From Candidatus Levyibacteriota bacterium (GTDB lineage: Bacteria > Patescibacteriota > Microgenomatia > Levybacterales > UBA12049): a stretch of DNA of 64,000 bases. This document shows, piece after piece, positions 1 to 9,912 of the stretch. Location: NCBI GenBank assembly GCA_043823085.1, contig JBDRBE010000004.1, positions 197,510-261,509 on the forward strand. Direction: 5' to 3'. Under the pieces are notes generated by a model. The model did not search any database. It saw nothing but the letters and a program-made list of their open reading frames with translations, and had not been told where the DNA came from. Both the position numbers and the translations under genes were made by a program. Each line of letters begins with the position of its first letter. Positions within the stretch are counted from its first letter, which is position 1.

Positions 1-1202
1 ATTTCATATTCGTCTGGTGTGGCACTGGAATAAATAATTTGATGAGTTTTTCTTGCAAATTCTTCAAAACGCAATGGTCTGTTGTCTAGCGCCGAAGGAA
101 GACGAAAACCATATTCAATTAAAGTTTCCTTTCTTGAACGGTCGCCATAATACATTCCTCGGATTTGAGGAATTGTAATGTGCGATTCATCAATTACAAG
201 GAGCCAGTCTTTTGATGCTTGTTGAAAATAATCAAGCAAAGTATAAGGTGGTTGTCCTGATGCTCTATTTTCAAAATATCTTGAGTAATTTTCAATTCCA
301 TTAACAAATCCAACTTCTTTAATCATTTGTAAATCATAGGTTACTCTTTGCTGTATTCTTTGTGCTTCGATGAGTTTATTTTTCTTTTTTAATTCATTTA
401 CTCTTAAGGCCATATCGTTTTTGATTTGTCTAAAAACACTCTCGTAAGTGGAGGGGTCGGTCATATAATGCTTAGCAGGATAAATAATCGTGGCGTCTAA
501 TTTTGAAATTTCATTGCCAGTCATCTGGTCAAATTCGGAAAGTAAAACAAGCTTATTATCCGTTATCTCCATTCTTATTCCGCAATCAATATATGAAGGG
601 AAAAGATCAATTCCTTCGCCTCTGATTCGGAAAGTTCCTCTTTTGAATCCGTAATCGTTTCTTTCGTACTGTAAATCTGTCAGTCTCAATATTACACTTT
701 TTTGCGAAATTTCCATTCCTTTTCTTAATTCCAAAACGAATTTTCCGTATTCAACAGGTGAACCGAGATTATAGATGCAGGAAACAGATGCAACGACAAT
801 AACATCTTTTCTTGTCAAAAGATTTGCGGTCGCAGACAGCCGCAGCTTATCTATTTCTTCGTTAATTTGAACTTCTTTTTCGATATAGGTATCAATCTGT
901 GGAATATAAGCTTCAGGTTGATAATAGTCGTAGTAAGAAACAAAATAAGAAACAATATTTTTTGGAAAAAATTCCTTAAATTCCTGATAAAGTTGAGCAG
1001 CCAGAGTTTTATTATGCGAAATAATAAGAGTTGGCTTTTGAATTTTTTCAATAACATTGGCAATGGTAAAAGTTTTTCCTGATCCGGTAACACCAAGAAG
1101 AACTTGATGCTTTTTACTTTTTTTAAGGCCTCCGACCAATTTGCCAATTGCTTGCGGCTGGTCGCCGGTTGGTCTAAAATCTGAAACAATTTTAAAATTC
1201 AT
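1..1202 (-). CDS. uvrB: Excinuclease ABC subunit B (5' part; runs off the window start)
   Basis: Manual translation from ATG at 1202 gives MNFKIVSDFRPTGDQPQAI, then GVTGSGKTF, DESHITIPQ and GFRLPSALDNRPL. Absent from the ORF track because it is truncated. Confidence 0.97.
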   Translation of the reverse strand, partial: MNFKIVSDFRPTGDQPQAIGKLVGGLKKSKKHQVLLGVTGSGKTFTIANVIEKIQKPTLIISHNKTLAAQLYQEFKEFFPKNIVSYFVSYYDYYQPEAYIPQIDTYIEKEVQINEEIDKLRLSATANLLTRKDVIVVASVSCIYNLGSPVEYGKFVLELRKGMEISQKSVILRLTDLQYERNDYGFKRGTFRIRGEGIDLFPSYIDCGIRMEITDNKLVLLSEFDQMTGNEISKLDATIIYPAKHYMTDPSTYESVFRQIKNDMALRVNELKKKNKLIEAQRIQQRVTYDLQMIKEVGFVNGIENYSRYFENRASGQPPYTLLDYFQQASKDWLLVIDESHITIPQIRGMYYGDRSRKETLIEYGFRLPSALDNRPLRFEEFARKTHQIIYSSATPDEYE

Positions 1203-1294
1203 AGAAACATTTTACCATACAATTTTTAATTGACATATTTTGTATAACTTTGTCCTCTTGAAAAATTCTAGAAAATTGCGTATAAAATATTAAT

Positions 1295-1921
1295 ATGGCT
1301 GGTGTTTTATATAAAAAGGAAAGAGAGATTTTAGAGTTCATCGCGCAATTCCAAAATCAATATGGATATTCACCAAAACTTTCGGAAATTGCAGTGGCAA
1401 CGGGTCATAAAAGCAATTCAACAATTCATGCCATTATAAGTTCGCTGGTTGAAAAAGGATACATCCAAAAAGTTGAGGGAAATACAAGAGTTTTAAAAAT
1501 TCTCGATTCAACAATTACAACAACAGCTCTTGGCGCACAGCCTTCAATGGAATTACCCTTAATGGGATATATCGCAGCAGGGAAACCACTGGAACCATAT
1601 AGTGACCCAAATGCAACTTTTCAGGTTTCGGCATCAATGATGTCCGGTAAAAAAATAGCCTATGTATTGCAGGTTAAAGGAAATTCTATGGTTGAAGACG
1701 GTATTTTAGACGGTGATTATGTTGTTATCGAAAGAGCCGAAGATGCGGTTAACGGAGATATTGTTGTAGCACTTGTCGACGGAAACTTAGCAACATTGAA
1801 ACGTTTTTACAAAGAGGACGGGAGAGTTGTCCTAAAGCCTGCAAATGCCCAAATGGAACCGATTTATCCCAATTTCCTCACCATACAAGGAAAAGTAGTC
1901 GGACTCGTTCGAAAATTCTAG
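1295..1921 (+). CDS. lexA: LexA repressor
   Basis: N-terminal wHTH, IAAG cleavage site, catalytic Ser (GNSM) and Lys (TLKR); divergent from uvrB. Confidence 0.95.
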   Translation: MAGVLYKKEREILEFIAQFQNQYGYSPKLSEIAVATGHKSNSTIHAIISSLVEKGYIQKVEGNTRVLKILDSTITTTALGAQPSMELPLMGYIAAGKPLEPYSDPNATFQVSASMMSGKKIAYVLQVKGNSMVEDGILDGDYVVIERAEDAVNGDIVVALVDGNLATLKRFYKEDGRVVLKPANAQMEPIYPNFLTIQGKVVGLVRKF

Positions 1922-2538
1922 CGGAATTTTAAAATCTTTAATTTGTGGTTGATATAAAAAGCAAAGGCAAAAATTGCAATTCCCAGAATTAAAAAATCAA
2001 ACTTTCTAAAGTAACTTTCAAGAGCGTGCCAATTATCGCCCATATAAACTCCGACCATTGTTAAAAGTGCTGACCAAATGAGAGATCCTACAAATGTGTA
2101 AATTGAAAATTTCCAAATATTCATTTCGGCCAATCCTGCCGGAAGCGAAATAAAAGTTCTAACAGCCGGAAGAAGGCGGCTGAAAAAAACTACGCTATTG
2201 CCATATTTTTTAAACCACGCAACAGATTTTAAATAGTCACTTTTGGTCATTAATATAAATTTTCCGTACTTACCAACAAGTGAAAGTATGACATTTTCTT
2301 CCAAATAATAACCTATTGCATAGGCAATTAAAGAACCGATAAGATTGCCGACTGCACCTGCTAAAATAACCGGAATGAGAGATAATGTGCCTTTGCTTAT
2401 CAAAAATCCGGAAAACGGCATTGTAACTTCGGAAGGAATTGGAATTAATGCAGATTCAAGGGTCATCAAAATAAAAATTCCAAAGTAGCCTGTGGCTTGA
2501 ATAAGATGTATAATCAATCCTGATAATTGTTCAAGCAT
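1918..2538 (-). CDS. DedA family membrane protein
   Basis: LESALIPIPSE and SRLLPAVRTFISLPAG motifs. Confidence 0.92.
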   Translation of the reverse strand: MLEQLSGLIIHLIQATGYFGIFILMTLESALIPIPSEVTMPFSGFLISKGTLSLIPVILAGAVGNLIGSLIAYAIGYYLEENVILSLVGKYGKFILMTKSDYLKSVAWFKKYGNSVVFFSRLLPAVRTFISLPAGLAEMNIWKFSIYTFVGSLIWSALLTMVGVYMGDNWHALESYFRKFDFLILGIAIFAFAFYINHKLKILKFR

Positions 2539-2544
2539 ATTGTT

Positions 2545-3249
2545 ATGAGTGTGTTATTTATTGTATCAACACCAATAGGTAATTTACAAGATCTTTCTTT
2601 TCGAACGATAAAAACATTGCAAAGTGTTAACGCTATTGCATGTGAAGATACGCGAAGAACCGGCTTATTATTAAAACACATCTCGGAAATTTCACCTGCT
2701 CAAAATCAGAAAGAAAAACCGCTTCTGATTTCTTATTACGAGCAAAACGAGTACATGAGAATTCCCCAAATTATTAATTTTATAAAAAATGGTCAAGATA
2801 TTGCTTTGGTTTCCGATGCTGGAATGCCCACAATTTCTGATCCCGGATTTAAATTAGTTCGGGAATGCATAAAGGAGGGTATAAAAGTAGAAGTGATTCC
2901 GGGCCCTTCGTCGGTTATCAATTCCTTAGTTTCAAGCGGTTTGCCAACCGATAAATTTTTATTCGTCGGTTATCCGCCAAAAAAACCCGGTCACCGCTTG
3001 AAATTCTTTCAAAACATTAATTCAATAATTCAAACCATTAAACTGACAATAATTATTTTTGAAGCGCCGCATAAACTAATCAGAACGCTTAATGAATTAA
3101 AAGACGTTTTTGGAGATATTGATATTGTAATTTGCCGGGAATTAACTAAGGTTCATGAAGAAATCCGACGAGAAAAAATCTCGGAAAGCCTAAAACATTT
3201 TTTGGAATTTTCACCAAGGGGAGAATTCTCTATTCTTTTTAACTTTTAA
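2545..3249 (+). CDS. rsmI: 16S rRNA (cytidine1402-2'-O)-methyltransferase
   Basis: STPIGNL, ACEDTRRT, VSDAGMPTISDPG and RELTKVHEE motifs. Confidence 0.95.
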   Translation: MSVLFIVSTPIGNLQDLSFRTIKTLQSVNAIACEDTRRTGLLLKHISEISPAQNQKEKPLLISYYEQNEYMRIPQIINFIKNGQDIALVSDAGMPTISDPGFKLVRECIKEGIKVEVIPGPSSVINSLVSSGLPTDKFLFVGYPPKKPGHRLKFFQNINSIIQTIKLTIIIFEAPHKLIRTLNELKDVFGDIDIVICRELTKVHEEIRREKISESLKHFLEFSPRGEFSILFNF

Positions 3250-3514
3250 CAGTGAATAGTTTTACAACTGTAGCCCTGAACCGGGGATGAAAGTCTTTTT
3301 CTCCTTCACTTAAAGGCATCGAAGTTCCAGTCACTTCTAAAGGATGACTATTCCACCATTTTGCCATCACTCCATCTTCGATTCTAGTACTGCTGTTTAC
3401 GACTACTTTAGCTGTGGGAATATTCTTCTCGTTTACTAGAATTATAGCTCCTTCACTTGAATTAAAAAGGCTAAGGATACCTGTAATTGTTTCTTGACGT
3501 TCTCTAAGAACCAT
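3239..3514 (-). CDS. Hypothetical protein (91 aa)
   Basis: ORF from ATG 3514 with an upstream TTGACT-N16-TATAAT on the minus strand. Confidence 0.55.
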   Translation of the reverse strand: MVLRERQETITGILSLFNSSEGAIILVNEKNIPTAKVVVNSSTRIEDGVMAKWWNSHPLEVTGTSMPLSEGEKDFHPRFRATVVKLFTVKS

Positions 3515-3554
3515 AATAATTAATTCTTTGATTATAGCGTTCAATAGATAAAAG

Positions 3555-5345
3555 TCAATACTCCTCAAGTGTTGATGTGTCGCCAATGGGAAGGCCAAGT
3601 TCTTTTGCTTTTAACACTCTTCTCATTATTTTTCCGCTTCTTGTTTTTGGAAGTTTATCGATAAATTCAATTTCGCGCGGATATGCGTGGCCTGCCAGAT
3701 GTTTTTTAACAAAAAGAGAAAGTTCTTCTTTTAATTTTTCACTTGGTTTAATATCTTTTTTTAAAACAACAAAAGCTTTGATAATTTCTCCCCGCATTGC
3801 ATCCGGTTTTCCAATTACCCCTGCTTCAACCACTCCCGGATAGTCTACGAGCGCCGATTCAACTTCAAACGGTCCAACTCTTTCACCTGCGGTTTTTATG
3901 ACGTCATCGGCCCTTCCAATAAACCAAAAATATCCGTCTTTATCTTTTAACGCCCTGTCGCCGGAAATATACCATTCGACTTGTCGCTTTGCTCCTCGCT
4001 CATGGCTGTAAGCCGTACCATTAATAAAGTATGATTTATATTTTGTTGGACGGCGCCAAATGCCTTTCATTAGTGACGGAAAGTTTGGGCGCAGAGCAAG
4101 ATTTCCTTCTCTGTTTATTTTAAGTTCATGGCCTTTATCATCAACAATGCCGGCAGTAATACCCGGAACCGGCTTTCCCATTGAACCTACTTTTATATCC
4201 AATACCGGGTAATTTGCAATACAAATTGCACCAAGTTCTGTCTGCCACCAATTGTCGTGAAAGGCAAGGCCAAAAGCTTTTTGCCCCCAAAAAATCGCTT
4301 CGGGATTAAGCGGTTCGCCAACGCTTGCCAAATGTCTTAGACTTGACAGATTATGTTTTTTGACTGGTTCAAGACCTGCGGCCATTAACATGCGGACTGC
4401 AGTCGGAGCAGTGTACCAAACAGTTACCTTATAATCCTCAATGATTTTGTACCAAGTATCCGGATCAAAACGCCCGTCATATACAACCGCTGACGCTCCG
4501 TTTGCCCATGATCCCAAAATTTCGTAAGCAATGCCTGTAACCCAGCCCGGATCTGCAGTGCACCAATAAACATCATCTTCTTTTAAATCCAAAACCCATT
4601 TTGCGGTAATATATTCTTGGACAATTGCCAAATGGCGGTGTAAAACACCTTTAGGTTTTCCCGTTGTTCCGGAGGTATAAAGCATAAAGGCCGAATCGTT
4701 TTTATCCATATTTCGGACATTAAAATCTTTACTTTGCTTTTGAAGTTCCTGATTAAAGAAGATAGCTTTTTTACTTTTTATTTGTTTTTGTGATTCACGT
4801 TCGACGATTATAATTATTTCCAAAGATGGGAGATCTTTCATTATTTTTTCAACACGAGGATAAAGTTCGCTATTTGTAATTAAAACTTTAGCCTGACTGT
4901 TTAAAAGCCTATCTAAAAGTGCTTTTTCCTGAAAAGCTGAGAAAAGCGTTCCGGCAATTGCGCCAATTTTTAAAATTCCCAAAAATGAAATATAAAGTTC
5001 CGGAATGCGGGGTAAAAAAATAAAAACTCTGTCTCCCTTATTGATCTTTTGCGATTTTAAAACATTGGCAAATTGGTTTGATTTTTCGGAAAAATCTTTA
5101 AAAGTATATTGTTCTTTTAATCCAGTTCCGCTCAAGAAATATAGGGCAATTTTATTTTTTCTAAAATTTAAGGCGTTTTGATCAATGGCAATATGCGCGG
5201 CATTTAATTTATGATTGGCAAAAATTGATAATTCTTTTTCTGCCGTCTTCCATGTAAACTTTTTATATTCTTTATTATAATCGGATAAATTAGCTTTTTC
5301 TTTTACGTTTTTATCTTTTCTAATGATTCTTTTGTCAGTTAACAT
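3555..5345 (-). CDS. acs: Acetyl-CoA synthetase (AMP-forming)
   Basis: YTSGTTGKPKG, WCTADPGWVTG, WWQTE and PKTRSGKIMRR motifs. Confidence 0.93.
   Translation of the reverse strand: MLTDKRIIRKDKNVKEKANLSDYNKEYKKFTWKTAEKELSIFANHKLNAAHIAIDQNALNFRKNKIALYFLSGTGLKEQYTFKDFSEKSNQFANVLKSQKINKGDRVFIFLPRIPELYISFLGILKIGAIAGTLFSAFQEKALLDRLLNSQAKVLITNSELYPRVEKIMKDLPSLEIIIIVERESQKQIKSKKAIFFNQELQKQSKDFNVRNMDKNDSAFMLYTSGTTGKPKGVLHRHLAIVQEYITAKWVLDLKEDDVYWCTADPGWVTGIAYEILGSWANGASAVVYDGRFDPDTWYKIIEDYKVTVWYTAPTAVRMLMAAGLEPVKKHNLSSLRHLASVGEPLNPEAIFWGQKAFGLAFHDNWWQTELGAICIANYPVLDIKVGSMGKPVPGITAGIVDDKGHELKINREGNLALRPNFPSLMKGIWRRPTKYKSYFINGTAYSHERGAKRQVEWYISGDRALKDKDGYFWFIGRADDVIKTAGERVGPFEVESALVDYPGVVEAGVIGKPDAMRGEIIKAFVVLKKDIKPSEKLKEELSLFVKKHLAGHAYPREIEFIDKLPKTRSGKIMRRVLKAKELGLPIGDTSTLEEY
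3971..4005. repeat. Hairpin repeat family copy, in frame inside acs
   Basis: CCAT-TCGAC...GCTC-ATGG, within the non-conserved peptide TAYSHERGAKRQVE between NG and WY. Confidence 0.75.
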
Positions 5346-5346
5346 T

Positions 5347-5973
5347 TCAGACTAAATTTGGTTTGTAATTTTTTATTTCTTTAGAAATTATTTTGCCGGT
5401 TTCGTCAATTTGATAAATGTAAATTTCACCCGTGGCTATTTCAAGCTTTGAAATATTTTCATCTGAAATATTTTCTAGGTATTTAACCAATGCGCGCAGG
5501 CTGTTGCTGTGGGCGGATATCAATACGTTTTTTCCCAATAAAAGCTGGGGGAGAATTTGATTCTTATAATAAGGGACAGTTCGGGCATAAACGTCCTTAA
5601 GAGTTTCTCCTTTTGCGATAGGGTAGTCCCATGCCCTTCTGATTTTTAAAAAAATATCATCGCCGTATTGTTTTTTAATCTCCCATTTATTTTTGCCCGT
5701 AAATTCTCCATAGTCACGTTCGTTTAAAGCGGCATCTTTATATGCTGGAAAGTTACATTCCAATAAGCCTTTTTTTATTTCGTCCAGAGTTTCTATGGCA
5801 CGTTTCAAAGGCGAGGAAAAGGCCACGTCAAATTTAATATCTCTTATTAGTTCTCCCGCAACCCGCGCTTCTTCTTTGCCTTTTTCGCTCAAAGAGATAT
5901 CGGTAAAGCCCGTCCAAAGGCCTTTTGCATTCCAAACGGATTCTCCATGACGAACAAGTACCAAATAACCCAT
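5347..5973 (-). CDS. gpmA: 2,3-BPG-dependent phosphoglycerate mutase
   Basis: LVRHGES, LNERDYG and AHSNSLRAL motifs. Confidence 0.94.
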   Translation of the reverse strand: MGYLVLVRHGESVWNAKGLWTGFTDISLSEKGKEEARVAGELIRDIKFDVAFSSPLKRAIETLDEIKKGLLECNFPAYKDAALNERDYGEFTGKNKWEIKKQYGDDIFLKIRRAWDYPIAKGETLKDVYARTVPYYKNQILPQLLLGKNVLISAHSNSLRALVKYLENISDENISKLEIATGEIYIYQIDETGKIISKEIKNYKPNLV

Positions 5974-5975
5974 AT

Positions 5976-7235
5976 TTATAATGTTTTTAATTGTTCTTCG
6001 ATTTGCAAAAGCCGATTATATTTTGCCACTCTTTCTCCTCTTGCCGGCGCACCAAATTTTACATAATCAGCGCCTACGGCAACAGCAAGATCCGCAATAA
6101 AATCATCATTTGTTTCGCCGGATCGGTGAGAGACAATTATTTTTAGTCCTGCCATTCTCGCCACCTCTATAACCGCCAATGTCTCAATTACAGTCCCGAT
6201 TTGATTTGGCTTAATAACAATTCCTGTAATGGCGTTTTTATCAATAGCCATTGCAAGTCTGTAAGGATTTGTAACGGTTAAATCGTCGCCGACAATAATT
6301 GTGTTTTGGGACAATCTTTGTGTTATCTTTGTCCATCCATTCCAATCATCCTCTCCCAGCGGATCTTCAAGATACAAAAAACCGAAATTTTTATTTAGTT
6401 CTTCGTAATAGGAAATTAATTCGTCGCTAGATAGCGGATCTGCATTATTTTTTATTTTGTATTTACCATCTTTATGGAAACTGTTTGCCGCCGCATCAAG
6501 ACCAAAAAAAACATCAAAACTATAATTAAAGCCGGCTTTTGTTATTGCATCTTTCATTATAGTGAGAGCATCGACAGACGATGCAACATTAGGACTAAAT
6601 CCCCCCTCGTCGCCTACAAGCGTTAAAAGATTTTTCTGTTTTATAATACTTTTTAAGTTTCTATACACTGATGTGCCAATTTCAAGTGACTGTGCATAAG
6701 TTTTTGAGCTGGCAGGAATAATCAAAAATTCTTGAAGAATAAGATTTCCGTCTGTGTGTTTTCCGCCATTTATCAGATTAAATGCCGGAGTTGGAATCTT
6801 CCAAACAGGCGGGGAATTTTTAATAAATTTTTTTAAATATGAGAAAAGAGGAAGAACGGAAGTTTTTGCCGCCGCTTTGGCAACTGCCATAGAAACAGAT
6901 AGAATTGCATTTGCACCAAGCTTTCCTTTATTTTGCGTACCGTCCAGTTCAATCATGAGTCTGTCGATTTCCTGTTGCTTATTAACTTCTAAACCAATAA
7001 GTTTTGGAGTAATAATATTTTGAACGCTATCAATTGCTTTCAATATTCCAAGACCGTTAAAACGATTTTCGTCGTGATCTCTTAAATCCAGTGCTTCGTA
7101 ACTTCCAACAGATGCCCCGCTTGGGCAATCGGCAATACCAATATTTCCATCATCTAAAACAACAGCGGTTTCAATAGTTGGATTTCCTCGGCAATCTAAA
7201 ATTTCACTTGATTTTATTTCTTTAATTTTGGCCAT
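5976..7235 (-). CDS. eno: Enolase
   Basis: RGNPT, GDEGGF, SHRSGET and ERVAKYNRLL motifs. Confidence 0.97.
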   Translation of the reverse strand: MAKIKEIKSSEILDCRGNPTIETAVVLDDGNIGIADCPSGASVGSYEALDLRDHDENRFNGLGILKAIDSVQNIITPKLIGLEVNKQQEIDRLMIELDGTQNKGKLGANAILSVSMAVAKAAAKTSVLPLFSYLKKFIKNSPPVWKIPTPAFNLINGGKHTDGNLILQEFLIIPASSKTYAQSLEIGTSVYRNLKSIIKQKNLLTLVGDEGGFSPNVASSVDALTIMKDAITKAGFNYSFDVFFGLDAAANSFHKDGKYKIKNNADPLSSDELISYYEELNKNFGFLYLEDPLGEDDWNGWTKITQRLSQNTIIVGDDLTVTNPYRLAMAIDKNAITGIVIKPNQIGTVIETLAVIEVARMAGLKIIVSHRSGETNDDFIADLAVAVGADYVKFGAPARGERVAKYNRLLQIEEQLKTL

Positions 7236-7237
7236 AG

Positions 7238-9535
7238 TCAACTAATCAATTTTTTCTCGCATTCGGCAATAGTTTTACGGACATTTTCAATTGCGTCAGG
7301 AGTTACCGAAATACTTGTAATGCCCAATTTTACTAATTTTTCTACAAGCAATGGATAAATAGATGGTGCTTGACCGCAGATGGATGAAGTTATTTTATAT
7401 TTATTGGCTGTTTTAATTGTGTGTTCAAGTGCCCATAAAACCGCATCGTCTATTTCGCTAAATTCTCGTGCTATTTCACTATTGTCTCTATCCGCGCCAA
7501 GAATAAGCATGGTTAAATCGTTTGATCCAATTGATACTCCGTCAATTCCAGCATGAATAAATTTTTCAAGCAATATAACGTTCGAGGGGATTTCAACCAT
7601 CATAAAAAGTTTAAAGTTTTCGCAGCGGTAAAGTCCGGAATTGGAAATTATTTTTTTGACTGCGATAAAGTCACGGACGGTTCTAACAAAAGGAATCATG
7701 AGCCAAAGATTCTTCAATCCCTTGTCGTTTCTTATTTTTTTTATTGCCTCAAGCTCTAACTTAAAAACTTCCGGATCATTAATATAGCGAAAGGCGCCTC
7801 TGTAGCCAAGCATTGGATTTGATTCCTGCGGTTCAAAATCTTTTCCGCCAATAAGATTTCTATATTCATTTGTTTTAAAATCAGAAGCACGGTAAATTAC
7901 AGGTCGGGGATTAAATGCTTTGCAAAATGTTTCAAGTCCTAGAGTTAGCGTATCAACAAAAAGGTGTTTTTTTCCGTCCCGAATAAGTTTTTTTGGATGA
8001 ATGCCGATTTGCGCCATCATAAATTCCGCTCGTAAAAGACCGACTCCGTCAACGTTTTGACTTGCAGCTTTTGCCGCCATTTCCGGTTCTGCCAAATTTA
8101 CATATACCTTTGTCGCCGTCTTAATTTGTTTTTCATTTGATATTTGTCCTGAGCTTGCCGAACGGATGACATTTGACATTGTTTTGATATGTCCTCCTTT
8201 AAATACTTCTCCTGTTTTTCCATTGACTGTAACAATATTCCCTTCTTTGAGAATTTTGGTTGCTTTTTTTGTACCGACAACTGCGGGAATTCCAAGTTCT
8301 CTAGAAACAATCGCGGCATGCGATGTTCGTCCTCCTGAATCAGTCACAATTGCTATGGCTTTTTTCATGGCAGGGACAAAATCCGGATTTGTTTGACTTG
8401 TAACCAATATCTCACCTGGTTTTACTTTATCGATTTCTTTTGCGCTTTTTATTATTCGTACAGGGCCAGAAGCAATTCCCGGAGAAGCAGGATCGCCCCG
8501 CAGCAGCAAATCTTCCATTTTCCATTTCCCATTCTCCATCTCTTTTTGGTTTTCGCTTTTTGCTTTTTGATTTATTGTAGTGACCGGGCGCGTTTGAACA
8601 ATATAGATTTTGCCTTTCTCAATGGCCCATTCTATATCTTGGGGGAAATAATAATGTTCTTCCATTTTCTTACCGATTTTTGCGATATCGATAACTTGTT
8701 CATCGGTAATTTTTTGTCTGCTTCCTGTTTTTTTGTCAATTTTAACCTCTTTATTGACTGTCCCGACTTTTTTGAATAATATTTTTTGCTCTGCGATATT
8801 TTTTGACAAAATCGCGAAATTATTTTTTAGAACCTCAAAATGGTCGGGTGTCACTTTTCCCTGAACGATATATTCACCCAGCCCGTAAATCGCTTCAATT
8901 ACAATTTTTGATTTATCATTTGTTGTTGGATCAATTGTGAACATTACGCCGGATTTTTCGGATGAGACCATTTTTTGAACAGGTATTGCAATGCCGACTT
9001 TTAAATGATCGAATTTATTCTCATGTCTGTAAAATATGGCTCTTGATTCAAACAGTGACGCCCAGGCGTCTTTAATTTTTAATAATAAATTTGCTTCACC
9101 TTTAACATTTAAGAAAGTTTCCTGCTGTCCGGCAAAAGATGCCGTTGGTAAATCTTCAGCAGTGGCTGATGAACGTACTGCAACTAAAGTGTCGTCCATG
9201 ACGCCGCTTAATTTTTTATAATATTTAAAAACATCGTTGATAAGTTCGTCAGACATTTTTCCCTCTTTAATCCATTTTTTAATATGACTTGAAACTTGCG
9301 AGATTGAATCAGAGCGATTAAAATTCGTAGTTTGTAAAAGATGTTTAATTTTTATAGCAAGATTATTCTCTTTTATAAATTCGTAGTAGGCAGTTGAAGT
9401 AACTATAAAACCGTCTGGAACTTGGAATCCGGCATTTATCATTTCTCCAAGGTTAGCACCCTTTCCGCCTACAAGAGGAATGTCTTCTTTATCAACGTCT
9501 TTAAACCAGCAAACCAAATCAGACTTTTTCGCCAT
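7238..9535 (-). CDS. ppsA: Phosphoenolpyruvate synthase
   Basis: GGKGANLGEM, RSSATAED, GGRTSHAAIVSRE and NPMLGYRG motifs. Confidence 0.96.
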   Translation of the reverse strand: MAKKSDLVCWFKDVDKEDIPLVGGKGANLGEMINAGFQVPDGFIVTSTAYYEFIKENNLAIKIKHLLQTTNFNRSDSISQVSSHIKKWIKEGKMSDELINDVFKYYKKLSGVMDDTLVAVRSSATAEDLPTASFAGQQETFLNVKGEANLLLKIKDAWASLFESRAIFYRHENKFDHLKVGIAIPVQKMVSSEKSGVMFTIDPTTNDKSKIVIEAIYGLGEYIVQGKVTPDHFEVLKNNFAILSKNIAEQKILFKKVGTVNKEVKIDKKTGSRQKITDEQVIDIAKIGKKMEEHYYFPQDIEWAIEKGKIYIVQTRPVTTINQKAKSENQKEMENGKWKMEDLLLRGDPASPGIASGPVRIIKSAKEIDKVKPGEILVTSQTNPDFVPAMKKAIAIVTDSGGRTSHAAIVSRELGIPAVVGTKKATKILKEGNIVTVNGKTGEVFKGGHIKTMSNVIRSASSGQISNEKQIKTATKVYVNLAEPEMAAKAASQNVDGVGLLRAEFMMAQIGIHPKKLIRDGKKHLFVDTLTLGLETFCKAFNPRPVIYRASDFKTNEYRNLIGGKDFEPQESNPMLGYRGAFRYINDPEVFKLELEAIKKIRNDKGLKNLWLMIPFVRTVRDFIAVKKIISNSGLYRCENFKLFMMVEIPSNVILLEKFIHAGIDGVSIGSNDLTMLILGADRDNSEIAREFSEIDDAVLWALEHTIKTANKYKITSSICGQAPSIYPLLVEKLVKLGITSISVTPDAIENVRKTIAECEKKLIS
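8134..8180. repeat. Hairpin repeat copy nested in a CATTTGA heptamer run, ppsA linker
   Basis: CATTTGA TATTTG [TCCTGAGCTTGCCGAACGGA] TGA CATTTGA CATT. Confidence 0.75.
8513..8570. repeat. Two degenerate 7-bp tandem runs in a ppsA linker
   Basis: TTCCATT-like x4 then TTTTTGC-like x4; encodes QKAKSENQKEMENGKWKME. Confidence 0.7.
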
Positions 9536-9581
9536 ATATTTATTGTGGGTAATTTTGCCAAAAAAAGCAATATCTAAAATA

Positions 9582-9815
9582 TTAAATTGAGGAAATATGA
9601 AGCTCTTCTTCTACGACAGTTACCCTGTTTTCTAATTTTACTAAATCTTTTTTGTCGGCCTTATTCTTGTCTACAACTTCAACAAGATCTGTAAAAACTT
9701 GATCAAGATCTTCTTTTAGCTCTTTTCTTAATGCACGTAGGTCATCTTTCGTGCTCATTTTAATTTGGATTTTTTTTAGGGTCTCTTGGATTTGTTTTAG
9801 ATCAGTTGAGTTCAT
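9582..9815 (-). CDS. Small coiled-coil hypothetical protein
   Basis: ORF from ATG 9815 with heptad-like L/K/E pattern. Confidence 0.65.
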   Translation of the reverse strand: MNSTDLKQIQETLKKIQIKMSTKDDLRALRKELKEDLDQVFTDLVEVVDKNKADKKDLVKLENRVTVVEEELHISSI

Positions 9816-9912
9816 GCTAATGTACAGTTTTACAAAATTCAAACAGTTTGTCAATAACTTATAAGAAAACTTTAGCGATTTTTTGAGAGTTGCTCTTTGA
9901 AGTTTAATTGAA

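Noticed and set aside
851-1189. Track ORFs 851-1189 (-) and 867-1082 (+)
   Set aside because: Off-frame or antisense shadows of uvrB
1203-1294. Shared SOS box upstream of lexA/uvrB, uvrA and dinB
   Set aside because: Only unrelated AT-rich palindromes (TTCTAGAA, TTTCAATTGAAA, ACAATAATATTGT) were seen; no common motif by eye, so motif discovery is needed
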